NCBI GenBank assembly: GCA_002305475.1 | Contig: DBRB01000015.1 | Coordinates: forward strand, 72,987-136,986 | DNA length: 64,000 bases | Direction: 5' to 3' | Source: a candidate division WWE3 bacterium UBA1379 | Lineage (GTDB): Bacteria; Patescibacteriota; WWE3; UBA101185; UBA10185 | Shown here: positions 39,117 to 48,410 of the stretch, one piece after another | Layout: every line of letters starts with the position of its first letter | Position numbering within the stretch: position 1 is the stretch's first letter | Made by a program: the position numbers and the translations under genes | Notes under the pieces: generated by a model | Told to the model about the DNA's origin: nothing | The model's database searches: none | The model's input: only the letters and a program-made list of their open reading frames with translations

Positions 39117-40226
39117 ATGAAAATAGCTCTGGTGTGTGATGATCTGATTCAGTTTGGCGGTCAGGAACGCCTTATATTGGCATTGCATGAACTCTGGCCT
39201 GATGCACCCATTTTTACCTCGGTGGTATCTGAAAAATGGAAGAAGATATGTGAGGAAAAGAAAATATTACTGAAAGTTTCTTTTATGCAGAAACTTCCTT
39301 GGATCGAGAAACTTAATCGGTTCTACTCGGTATTTCTTTTTCATCAGTTGGCTTTTGAGAGCTTTGATTTCACAGGTTACGATGTGATTCTGTCAGTATC
39401 TGCCCGGTATTCACATTGCATTATCACCAAACCACAGACAATTCATATCTGCTATATGAACAGTCCCGGAAGAATGATCTGGGAGCCCCATCTATATTTT
39501 AGAAAAGAAAACTTCGGAGTGTTAAGATACTTTTCAAAAATATTTCTTAGTTTTCCTTTAAGTCTTTTAAGAGCGGGGGATTATTCTTCAGCTCAGGGAG
39601 TAGATTATTTTATTGCTAATTCCCTTACATCAAAAAACAGGATAAAGAAATATTATGGAAGGGACTCGATCGTAATTCACCCGTTTGCGGATATAAAACC
39701 TTTCGAAAATACAGACAGCGGAAACTTTTTTTTGGTAATCAGCAGACTGAATGCCTGGAAAAGAATCGATACCGCTGTGGAAGCATGTACAAGGCTAAAG
39801 ATACCCTTAAGGGTTATAGGGACCGGACCTGATTTGATAAGACTGAAACGAATTGCTGGGGATACTGTGGAATTTTTGGGATATGTCAGAGAGGAAGTTA
39901 AATCGGAAATGCTGGGAAAGTGTACTGCTTTAATAAATACACAGGAGGAGGATTTTGGGATTGTGCCGGTGGAGGCAATGGCTCACGGAAAACCGGTTAT
40001 CGCATACGGAAATGGAGGGGTATGTGAAACTGTAGAGCCGGGAATAACTGGTGAATTTTATTACGAACAGACGGCAGATTCATTGATGGAAGTATTGGAG
40101 TTTTTTGATTCAAAAAAATATGACCCGGATATTTGCAAGAAATCAGCTGAACGATTTACCAAATATGAGTTTTTAACGAGTGTTCAACGTTATGTAAATG
40201 AGGTATACTTTTCTAGACGTAACTAG
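39117..40226 (+). CDS. GT4-family glycosyltransferase
   Basis: MKIALVCDD...GGQER N-terminus and EDFGIVPVEAMAHGKPVIAYGNGGVCETV. An alternative upstream ATG at 39087 is the ORF-track start. Confidence 0.75.
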   Translation: MKIALVCDDLIQFGGQERLILALHELWPDAPIFTSVVSEKWKKICEEKKILLKVSFMQKLPWIEKLNRFYSVFLFHQLAFESFDFTGYDVILSVSARYSHCIITKPQTIHICYMNSPGRMIWEPHLYFRKENFGVLRYFSKIFLSFPLSLLRAGDYSSAQGVDYFIANSLTSKNRIKKYYGRDSIVIHPFADIKPFENTDSGNFFLVISRLNAWKRIDTAVEACTRLKIPLRVIGTGPDLIRLKRIAGDTVEFLGYVREEVKSEMLGKCTALINTQEEDFGIVPVEAMAHGKPVIAYGNGGVCETVEPGITGEFYYEQTADSLMEVLEFFDSKKYDPDICKKSAERFTKYEFLTSVQRYVNEVYFSRRN

Positions 40227-40238
40227 AAGCGTTCAACT

Positions 40239-40874
40239 ATGTCGCTTTATTCTATCGGAAAAAGATTAATAGATATTATTGGGGGATTAATAGGAGTGAT
40301 ATTATTTTCCCCTTTCATGATCGGAACAGCTATTTATATTAAATTAGTATCCCCCGGCGGTACTGTATTTGTGGAAGCGGCAAAACGGGTAGGTCGAAAC
40401 GGCAAGGAATTTCCCATGTATAAATTCAGAACTATGATACCTTACGCTCAAAAATGGCTAGAAAACCAGCCGGAACTATATAAAAAATATCAGGAAAACG
40501 GCTATAAACTGGATCCTGATCCCAGATGGATCAAGGGGGCAAAAATCATTCGTAAATTCAGTCTTGATGAATTTCCACAGTTTATTAATGTAGTAAAAGG
40601 TGATATGAGTCTGGTTGGGTATAGGGCCTATTATCGATATGAACTAGATGAGCAGTTATGCATGCATCCGGAAGTAAAAGAATATTTAGATAAAGCATTA
40701 ACCGTCAAACCGGGTATTACGGGAGTATGGCAGACCAGTGGAAGATCGAAAGTAGGATTTGTGGACAGGGTAAAAATGGATGCAGCATACGCTGATAAAC
40801 AATCTTTACTTTATGATATATTTATAATTCTGAAAACACCTTATGTAGTAATTTCAGGAAAAGGAGCTTTTTGA
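40239..40874 (+). CDS. Initiating polyprenyl-phosphate phosphoglycosyltransferase, small monotopic PglC/WbaP-C-terminal type (bacterial sugar transferase family)
   Basis: An N-terminal re-entrant helix, then GRNGKEFPMYKFRTM and DELPQ-like FPQFINVVKGDMSLVG motifs. 211 aa. Confidence 0.85.
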   Translation: MSLYSIGKRLIDIIGGLIGVILFSPFMIGTAIYIKLVSPGGTVFVEAAKRVGRNGKEFPMYKFRTMIPYAQKWLENQPELYKKYQENGYKLDPDPRWIKGAKIIRKFSLDEFPQFINVVKGDMSLVGYRAYYRYELDEQLCMHPEVKEYLDKALTVKPGITGVWQTSGRSKVGFVDRVKMDAAYADKQSLLYDIFIILKTPYVVISGKGAF

Positions 40875-42817
40875 TGTCTACTAACTTTTGGCAGCCTAAT
40901 AACAATTCAAGACCTCAGGTTAATCTTAATAACCGGGGATTTAAAAAGAAGAATGGTTGGCTTAAACGTTTAGGAGTCGGCAGTGGGGTGCTGATTGCTA
41001 TTGTAGCTGTAGTCGGAATAATCGGTTTTATCTTGGTAATTAAACCCTTGTTATCTTTAGGTTCAAATGTTAGTGCCTTAAGAGCAGACGGAAGAGCAAT
41101 AAATAAAGCTTTAGTAGATCGGGACGTAGAAGCTATGGAGAAAGCTTTAAACAATACAGAGAAAGATCTCAAGGAATTCCAAATTGCCAGAGATAAGAAT
41201 GTAGGTTGGGCAAGAAACTTCGGTCCTACTAAAGAATACTATGCAGATTCGGAAAGATTTATTAATGCCGGATTATATGTAGTTGCTGCAGGTCGAGAAA
41301 CCGTCAAACTGGTTATGCCCTTCGCAGATGCAGCCGGTCTAAAAGTTTCAGGAGATACCAAGACTTCTTCATCTGAAACCGGACTTGCAGACGCTATCGC
41401 ACAGTGGGTAGCTATCATGCCGCAGATTGCAGATCAGATGGATCCTGCATTAAATTTATTGGATAAAGCAGGAGAAGAATTAAAACCGATTGATGCAAGC
41501 AAGTATCCTGAAAGCATCAGAGGATTTGCGGTACGAACCAACATTGAAGCTGCACAGACTGCATTAAGTTCAGTTGATCAGTATGCTCCCGACATTAAAA
41601 AAGCTTTAACTATTATTCCTAAACTATTAGGGGTAGGCGGTGAAAAACGATACATGATTATCATGCAGAATGATAAGGAAATTCGAGCTACTGGAGGTTT
41701 TTGGACTAACTATGCCACATTTAGAATCAACAACGCCATGTTGGTAAACCATGATATTTCCTCAAAAGATATGTATAGTATTGATCTGACCTTAGACCTG
41801 ATAGATGCTGTACACACCTTCCCTACTGCTCCTGCTGCATATCAGAGGTATCTGAAGGTCGAAAGACTGTATGCAAGAGATGCTAATATATCACCTGATT
41901 TCCCAACAGCAGTAGACAAATTCATGTATTTCTACAAACTCGCCATGCCTTTGGCTCCGGCAGAAATTAAACCGATTGACGGGATTGTGGCAATTGATAC
42001 TGAAGTGATCAAAGAGCTGTTGAATGTTACCGGACCGGTGACTGTAAATGGTGTGACATATAACAAAGATAATGTGGTTTTGGAGCTTGAAAGAACAGCT
42101 TCTCTGGAGTTAAGAGAACAGGTGGGAAGAAAGAAAGTACTGGGTGATCTAATGGAAGGTATGATGAAAAATGTGTTTGAGTCCGATAGAAATCTCTGGC
42201 CGAAAATGATTGAAACCGGAATTGATTTAGTCAACCGTAAGCATATCATTGGTTATTCATTCGATCAGGAAGCTCAGGCACTGATTGAGGAATATAAAAT
42301 TGGCGGAAGAATCATTGATCCGGTGGAAGGCGATTACTCCTATGTAGTATCTACAAACTTAGGTGGAGATAAAACCAACTGGTTTGTTAAAAAAGAAATT
42401 GATCACACCCTTTCCAAAGAAGGCAATAAGTATATAGATACCGTAACTATAAAGTATTCTTATCCACAACCCGGAGCTGAATATTCTCCTTTTGTGAAGA
42501 GATTTAGAGATTGGGTACGGGTCTATGCTCCGCTAAATTCACGACTGATTAATGTAACCGGTTCTGCGGAAGAAGCCGTAACCGATCAGGAGAGAAACAA
42601 AACTTATTTTACGGGTTATATCGAACTGGGACCTGGAGAATCTGCAGAAATGACCTTTAAATATGAACTTGCGGATAGTGTAGTGAAAAACGGAGTATAC
42701 AATCTATACATCCAAAAGCAGTCGGGAACCAACGGTGAAATCCATCGGGTGATAGTAAACGGAAAAACGGAAAATATCACTTTAACCAAAGATGCAGAAA
42801 TCTCTAAAAAACTTTGA
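40871..42817 (+). CDS. DUF4012-like secreted or membrane-anchored protein
   Basis: 648 aa with one N-terminal TM. The internal MQNDKEIRATGGFWTNYA resembles the NAElR-TGGfiG core of DUF4012 proteins, which commonly sit beside phosphoglycosyltransferases. It overlaps the PGT stop (ATGA). Confidence 0.45.
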   Translation: MMSTNFWQPNNNSRPQVNLNNRGFKKKNGWLKRLGVGSGVLIAIVAVVGIIGFILVIKPLLSLGSNVSALRADGRAINKALVDRDVEAMEKALNNTEKDLKEFQIARDKNVGWARNFGPTKEYYADSERFINAGLYVVAAGRETVKLVMPFADAAGLKVSGDTKTSSSETGLADAIAQWVAIMPQIADQMDPALNLLDKAGEELKPIDASKYPESIRGFAVRTNIEAAQTALSSVDQYAPDIKKALTIIPKLLGVGGEKRYMIIMQNDKEIRATGGFWTNYATFRINNAMLVNHDISSKDMYSIDLTLDLIDAVHTFPTAPAAYQRYLKVERLYARDANISPDFPTAVDKFMYFYKLAMPLAPAEIKPIDGIVAIDTEVIKELLNVTGPVTVNGVTYNKDNVVLELERTASLELREQVGRKKVLGDLMEGMMKNVFESDRNLWPKMIETGIDLVNRKHIIGYSFDQEAQALIEEYKIGGRIIDPVEGDYSYVVSTNLGGDKTNWFVKKEIDHTLSKEGNKYIDTVTIKYSYPQPGAEYSPFVKRFRDWVRVYAPLNSRLINVTGSAEEAVTDQERNKTYFTGYIELGPGESAEMTFKYELADSVVKNGVYNLYIQKQSGTNGEIHRVIVNGKTENITLTKDAEISKKL

Positions 42818-43352
42818 AGCGATAGTTCTCAAAAAGATTAACTATAAAGATACGGATCGGATATATACCCTCCTCTCAAAAGAGAGGGGGAAAATATCCG
42901 TATTGGCAAAAGGTGTCAGAAGAATTAACTCCAAAAGAAGCGGTAGTTTAGACACGATGAATCAGGTAGTGGTGGGAATAGCAGAGAATTCTGCTGGATT
43001 TATGACTCTGACTGAAGTAAAAAGCATCAATAGTTTTAAAAATGTGAAAGAGGATCTGGATCGTTCTTTGGCAGGATATTATATGTTAGAGCTAGTAAAT
43101 GAATCAGTGGAGGAGGAATCGGAAGGGTATGAGGTGTTTGAACTATTAAAGACTATGCTTGAAAAACTAAATGATCCGGAAATGAAGATTGGATTTGTGA
43201 TTGGAAAATTCGAATTTATGTTAATGAGGATATTGGGTTATGAACTCAGTTTGGAAAAATTGAGAAGCTTTGGAAAAGAACATATGAATGAAAGATTAAA
43301 AGCTTATGTGAAAGAAGTATTAGATACGGACTTTAAGAGTTTGGAAATATAA
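42792..43352 (+). CDS. recO: DNA repair protein RecO (short form)
   Basis: The N-terminal OB-fold (FEAIVLKKINYKDTDRIYTLLSKERGKISVLAKGVRR) matches the RecO N-terminus. 186 aa. Confidence 0.55.
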   Translation: MQKSLKNFEAIVLKKINYKDTDRIYTLLSKERGKISVLAKGVRRINSKRSGSLDTMNQVVVGIAENSAGFMTLTEVKSINSFKNVKEDLDRSLAGYYMLELVNESVEEESEGYEVFELLKTMLEKLNDPEMKIGFVIGKFEFMLMRILGYELSLEKLRSFGKEHMNERLKAYVKEVLDTDFKSLEI

Positions 43353-43370
43353 AAAAACTTATAATTACCA

Positions 43371-45782
43371 CTAGAGAGTAGTAACTGTCACTGTTACATT
43401 AACACTATATGTGCCACTTGGCTGGAATTTATTGCTTCCTACTTCCGATTTAAATTGAACAATCTGATTTGATCCAGTTGTTGTGCTAGTTCTTTGAGCA
43501 ATTTGATATAAAGAGGAAGCGTTAACATTAAGCCACTTTGCAGCAGTAGTATCATTACTCCCCCACGTAGCTGAACTGTAATCTGTAGATGTAGATTTTA
43601 AGCGGGCACCCCATTCGGAATTTGCTGCCGGTATACTCCATAACTCGGGAGTGTTTGCTACAGAGGGTGAGTAGGCACTAATGGTATCACCGTATGTATT
43701 TGTCATTGCAGCCGACGAAGCCTGCCATTCTATTTTATAACCGGAAGGATTATTGGTGATAACAGTCCAGGTAGCTTCACCTATACCGGATGTTCCGGTT
43801 CCGCTGATTGTTCCCATGGAAACATTTGCTGGTGAAGAAACTGAGATGGAAACAGGGTCAACCTGGTAAAATGCTGAATAACTATTTGTGGCGCTGACAC
43901 CGGTATTGTCTATTGTATATAACTGTGCACCATAATTTGTGTTTTTATTAAGAAAGTTATTATTAAACCGTATTTCAAAATTTAGTGTCCAGTTATTACC
44001 GGATGGTGTAGAATCTGCTGCTGTAGATAAAATAGTTGCCGCATTTTGTGTATCAGCGTCTTCGGAAAACGTGTCAGTCGACCTCGTCCATCTAAACATC
44101 AAAGCATTATACGGGGCTGAGTTGTCGCTGGAATTAGCCAGCCTGAGTTGGACATAATTTAGTGTATTACCACTATCAGCATCGGATACTACTGCCCGAA
44201 AGATCCATGTAGTTGAATTATCAGCTACTGCTGCATTTCCTGATCCGCCATAGGGATTAACAAATGTTAGTGAGTTATTTACAGGAGGAATGGATGCCAA
44301 GTATGTCACGGAAAGTATCGGTTTATTTGCTCCGGATTCATATGTCCCCATTGAAACTTCCTGTGAGCTTAAAATACTACTTCCTGGGGCACTTCCCGCT
44401 GCATCACGTGAAGATCTTAAGCAATAGTATGTAGATGCTGTTTTAGATACCCAGGTTGTGGTTAACGCACCGCTGGTAACTGCATCGGGAAGGGTACCTA
44501 TTGTGGAAGTATCTAGCAGTATATTTGGCTCTGCAGCGGCGGATAAACATCCATCATATGCAGTTTCTCTTTGTGTTGCATTTGCAAAATTCTGAACGGC
44601 GCTCCAGTTATAGCGGGCTATTTGAACATCGAAATCAACATTAGCAAAAATATCCCCAGTGACATAAGCTGTGAGAGTAACCTGTGAAACGTATGCCGTA
44701 TCAGGAAGTACACTAGTATCAAAACTGATATATGATCTGGAAATAAGGTATTCAGATACTTGTACTCTCTGTCCAATAACCATGCTTTCAGCAACTGAAT
44801 CCGCACTGGATGAGGTATTACGTGCAGTTGAATATGTAGTGTTTTGACCTCTGATGTAACCATCTGCGGCTAATGAGCCGTAATTTGGATCAATGATTAC
44901 CGGATATTTACGGTTTTCTTTTTTTAGCCATTCAATTCCCTCGTCACTGAGATGTTTTGCTATCCGTACTTCACTGCAGTTTCGTAGATTTTGATTTTCA
45001 TCCAGGCACTCCACCTGATATTTAACTCCGTAACTGAGATTTTCTTCATTATCCTTTTCGTACATATAGGGCTTAGGTAAATAAAGAAACGGTTCATCGG
45101 CATCAGATTTATATAACAGATATCTCCCATCCTCCTCTTTAAAATATAAATTTTTGAGTCTGATATTCTGCGTAATTTTAGGTATTCCTATGTACTCATC
45201 CAAAACTATCTTTTCACTGAGTTTCAATTCATTCAGTTCATAAATAAGATTAAAGCTATTTTTATCAGGTAATGAAAAACTATATACAGCTTGATTTTCT
45301 GAAGATTCAAAATCCGAATTTTCTATACCGCTGTCTATTTTTATATCGATGTCTTTATCGGAGTCATTGAATTCAATTTTATTTATTCCATATAACTCGA
45401 TTACATAATCATCTCTCTCAACTTTAATCATAGTTTTATCATTAGAAGATTTTTCTGAAAAATATGTTTTAAAAGAATTTGTCTTATTCATTAGATCAAA
45501 ATTTTCATCATCTGATTCGACAATTTCCAGTTTTATATCCTCCCAATTTCCATCCTCGGTTTGGTAATGAATAGGGCCGGAAGATATTTTGGTTGTGTAA
45601 TTGTTTCCACCCAGATGAAAAGTTTTTGATGACTCTGTTCTTAAATATTCAATTTCTTCAGGAGTAGGTTCTTTAGATTCTTCTGCATATGTTGAGGAGA
45701 TTGAGACACTTACACAGAGAAATCCGGTAACAACGAGGGAAGGTATGATGAAACGAAACATGTTTAATAGTATCCGTAGCAT
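43371..45782 (-). CDS. Large secreted surface protein with C-terminal WxL-like domain (CscC-like)
   Basis: About 803 aa from MLRILL..., with a signal peptide. The C-terminal roughly 160 aa are homologous to the C-terminus of the 225-aa protein at 46895-47572 (TWTVITNNPSGYKIEW...EWGARL...KWLNV...GTYSVNVTVTVTTL-stop). The ORF track's TTG start at 45818 is an alternative. Confidence 0.45.
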   Translation of the reverse strand: MLRILLNMFRFIIPSLVVTGFLCVSVSISSTYAEESKEPTPEEIEYLRTESSKTFHLGGNNYTTKISSGPIHYQTEDGNWEDIKLEIVESDDENFDLMNKTNSFKTYFSEKSSNDKTMIKVERDDYVIELYGINKIEFNDSDKDIDIKIDSGIENSDFESSENQAVYSFSLPDKNSFNLIYELNELKLSEKIVLDEYIGIPKITQNIRLKNLYFKEEDGRYLLYKSDADEPFLYLPKPYMYEKDNEENLSYGVKYQVECLDENQNLRNCSEVRIAKHLSDEGIEWLKKENRKYPVIIDPNYGSLAADGYIRGQNTTYSTARNTSSSADSVAESMVIGQRVQVSEYLISRSYISFDTSVLPDTAYVSQVTLTAYVTGDIFANVDFDVQIARYNWSAVQNFANATQRETAYDGCLSAAAEPNILLDTSTIGTLPDAVTSGALTTTWVSKTASTYYCLRSSRDAAGSAPGSSILSSQEVSMGTYESGANKPILSVTYLASIPPVNNSLTFVNPYGGSGNAAVADNSTTWIFRAVVSDADSGNTLNYVQLRLANSSDNSAPYNALMFRWTRSTDTFSEDADTQNAATILSTAADSTPSGNNWTLNFEIRFNNNFLNKNTNYGAQLYTIDNTGVSATNSYSAFYQVDPVSISVSSPANVSMGTISGTGTSGIGEATWTVITNNPSGYKIEWQASSAAMTNTYGDTISAYSPSVANTPELWSIPAANSEWGARLKSTSTDYSSATWGSNDTTAAKWLNVNASSLYQIAQRTSTTTGSNQIVQFKSEVGSNKFQPSGTYSVNVTVTVTTL

Positions 45783-45786
45783 TGTA

Positions 45787-46881
45787 TTACCAGAGCTTTG
45801 TGATTTGCTCTCTTTCAACTATTTCTATTTTCTTTTTTCCTGGTTTTACTCTGATTTCAAATTTGGACAGGAATGCAAAGACTAAACCGGCAATCAGAGC
45901 AATAGCACCTAGGATGATATAAATGGTTTGAGCGGGAATGACAAAGAAAGTTATTGATTGGGTATCTTTTTTACCATCATAACCTCTATCTAGCTCCAAC
46001 ACTGCTGAATATTTTCCTATGGCAAATTTCGGCTCCCATGTTAATTCCCGTGATCTGATGGAGTCCCGCAAAATAACCCAATCCTTAATATACAGTTCAT
46101 CAACGCTTTATCCGAATATATCCTTGATCACTATTCTTCCGGAGGGGATTAAGTGAACGTTACCTTCATTTTTAAAAGTCAGAAGAAAATTTATTGCAGG
46201 TTTTGTGAAAATTTTATTTGATGTCCTAAAACTTTGCAGGAAGCCGTTTAGTACCGCTTTATCTTTACCTGTATTAAATAGAAATAGCGCACCAGCACGC
46301 GAAGTAAGAGTAATTCCGGTGGTATTTGCATCATCATCTTCTTTAGCCGTCTGAACAAACACAGCGGAATAATGATCACCAGGTTCAACTTCTTTAGGAA
46401 CTGTAATTTTAATAGGGATATATGCTCTTTCTCCGAATTTTAAAATGATTTTTTCAGTTCCCAGTTGAAACCATGTCTTTGAAGAAAACTGTCCCACACC
46501 TTCTCCAAGAAAATGAGTGTAGTTGTTTGTATCAAGAGATGATGTGAAATCCTCAACATGAAGTTCAAATTCCGTGCTGTTTTTCATCCGGTTGGTAATT
46601 TGAATTTCTGTCCAGATTTCCTGACCCGGCTCAAGATCATAAATGAATCTGGTTGGCCCCAATACAAAATCATTTCTGATTTCCGTACCTTCCTGATGTT
46701 CAATTCTGATCTGCGGTTCAATTGTGGGAGTGGATTCCTCCACTTCAGGTATAGTTTCCGGTATACCTGCAGGGTCTTCAAAAATTTCTTTAATTATTAT
46801 TTCCTCCGCACATACAGTTCGCAATGATAGAGTATAAAGTAACAAGATAAATATTGAAAATAACTGTGTAATTTTTTTCAT
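45787..46881 (-). pseudogene. CscA-like (DUF916/DUF3324-type architecture) membrane-anchored surface protein, interrupted by a single in-frame TAA
   Basis: It has a signal peptide (MKKITQLFSIFILLLYTLSLRTVCA), a roughly 250-aa domain, the in-frame stop TAA at 46108-46110, then 12 in-frame codons continuing into the 94-aa ORF. That ORF carries the single TM helix (IYIILGAIALIAGLVFAFL) and a basic tail. Confidence 0.4.
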
Positions 46882-46894
46882 TTATAAACGGGCA

Positions 46895-47572
46895 TTAAAG
46901 GGTGGTTGCCGTCATTGTGACATTAGTGCTGTAAGTTCCCGTAGGAAGGGTATGATTGGCGCCGACCTGTACCCTAAAATATACAGTTTCTGTTGAACCT
47001 GCTGTTTCTGAATTGCGTGTAACAATCTCTCTTGGACTTGTTGCAACGTTAAGCCATTTTTCATCATCCCCGTCAGTACCCCATTCAGAGGTATTGGCAT
47101 CTGTTGAAGCAGATGATAGACGTGCTCCCCATTCTGCATCTGCAGCATCAACCGACCATGCTTCCGGTGTATCCGCAGAACCTGGAGAATAAGCATTTAT
47201 TACATCCGATCCACTGGACATTTCGGCTGTATCAGTAGACCATTCAAGTTTATATCCTGTTGAATTGTTGGTAGTAACGGTCCAGGAAGCCGACCCCCCC
47301 GATGGGCCTGTATCTCCGGTACCTGTGGTTGACCCCAGGTTTACATCAGCCGGAGATGAAATGGAGATGGTTGATCCGATTGTGACATTTACTTGCACTG
47401 TATCCGATGCAGTTGCGGCTTTTGAAATGGGAATCAGATACATGGAGAATACCAATAAATTTATTCCTGCATCGATAAAAAAAATTAGACTGAGTATTTT
47501 GTACTTATTTGGTTTATAGAGAATATGAAATTTATTGGCAGGCATACAAAATAATTGTGATGTATAGGACAA
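46895..47572 (-). CDS. Small secreted WxL-like domain protein (CscB-like)
   Basis: Signal peptide. The C-terminal domain is SWTVTTNNSTGYKLEW...EWGARL...KWLNV...GTYSTNVTMTATTL-stop, whose end resembles the WxL-domain terminus G-T-Y-x-G-x-i-T-W-x-L. The start may be the internal ATG at 47545. Confidence 0.4.
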   Translation of the reverse strand: MSYTSQLFCMPANKFHILYKPNKYKILSLIFFIDAGINLLVFSMYLIPISKAATASDTVQVNVTIGSTISISSPADVNLGSTTGTGDTGPSGGSASWTVTTNNSTGYKLEWSTDTAEMSSGSDVINAYSPGSADTPEAWSVDAADAEWGARLSSASTDANTSEWGTDGDDEKWLNVATSPREIVTRNSETAGSTETVYFRVQVGANHTLPTGTYSTNVTMTATTL

Positions 47573-47580
47573 ATAAATTC

Positions 47581-47597
47581 AGTGATGAAAATCACAC
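47581..47597. promoter_or_regulatory. Crp/Fnr-type palindrome GTGAT-N4-ATCAC between the csc-like cluster and the Crp-family regulator gene
   Basis: aGTGATgaaaATCACa at 47582-47595. A second TGTGAT half-site is at 47557-47562. Confidence 0.4.
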
Positions 47598-47725
47598 AAC
47601 ATTAATTATTGGGAAACTTGACCTATTATGCTAAATCATTTACGATTACCAAGATCTCAGCACATACGACTATTTTCTCCGCTGGTTCACAAGTTTTTAA
47701 TATTTTCAATTTATTCTTAAAAGAT

Positions 47726-48361
47726 ATGTCCTACGGGATTGAAGATAAATTTAAAGATGGTCGCAATATGTCTTTTGTAAAAGGAGATATTATACTTTCT
47801 CCTGAGAAAAACGAAGGATGTATCTTTCATATTAATTCTGGTTTGGTAAGGATATTCAGTATAAGCGAGAAAGGTGATGAGGTTACCCTCGGTTTGTTTA
47901 CCTCCAACGAAATATTTCCAATCTGGTCGCTTGGAGGTAAACATAAAAATATCTTTTACTTCGAGGCTTTAACGGAAGTGGAAGTATCCGCATTAAAAAC
48001 GGAACGATGTATAGAGATGATAAAAGATTGTGCAGTCTATTCTTTTGAAATAATGTCATTGATCTCAAAACAATATGGAAATCTTCTAGAAAGAAATGCC
48101 CGATGTAATTCCGGTATAGCATATGAACAGACATCTAACCTACTGTTTGATTTAGCAGAAAGAGTAGGTATTCAGAAAGGTGATTATGTAATTATAAAAG
48201 AGAAACTCTCCCATAAATTGCTGGCTTCGTGGCTGGGTACCAGCCGGGAAACTATAAGCAGGGTATTAAGCAAAATGTCCAAAGATGGGTTGATTGATAA
48301 TATTGACGGTTATATTTCGATAAATACCAAAAAGACTAAGTTTGTACCGAAAAACCAGTAA
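47726..48361 (+). CDS. Crp/Fnr-family transcriptional regulator (cNMP-binding domain plus C-terminal HTH)
   Basis: The beta-roll region (FVKGDIILSPEKNEGCIFHINSGLVRIF) and the HTH SRETISRVLSKMSKDGLI (CRP-like R-E-x-x-x-R recognition helix). The start is taken at the ATG at 47726; the ORF track uses the TTG at 47609. Confidence 0.7.
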   Translation: MSYGIEDKFKDGRNMSFVKGDIILSPEKNEGCIFHINSGLVRIFSISEKGDEVTLGLFTSNEIFPIWSLGGKHKNIFYFEALTEVEVSALKTERCIEMIKDCAVYSFEIMSLISKQYGNLLERNARCNSGIAYEQTSNLLFDLAERVGIQKGDYVIIKEKLSHKLLASWLGTSRETISRVLSKMSKDGLIDNIDGYISINTKKTKFVPKNQ

Positions 48362-48410
48362 ACAATATATTTCCCAATGTTTATATATTTTATAGTATAC
48401 TTACAGCATT

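Noticed and set aside
47609-47725. TTG start at 47609 for the Crp-family regulator (ORF-track start)
   Set aside because: It adds 39 residues with no similarity to Crp N-termini, and it would leave only 36 nt between divergent genes. The ATG at 47726 gives the canonical length of about 211 aa.
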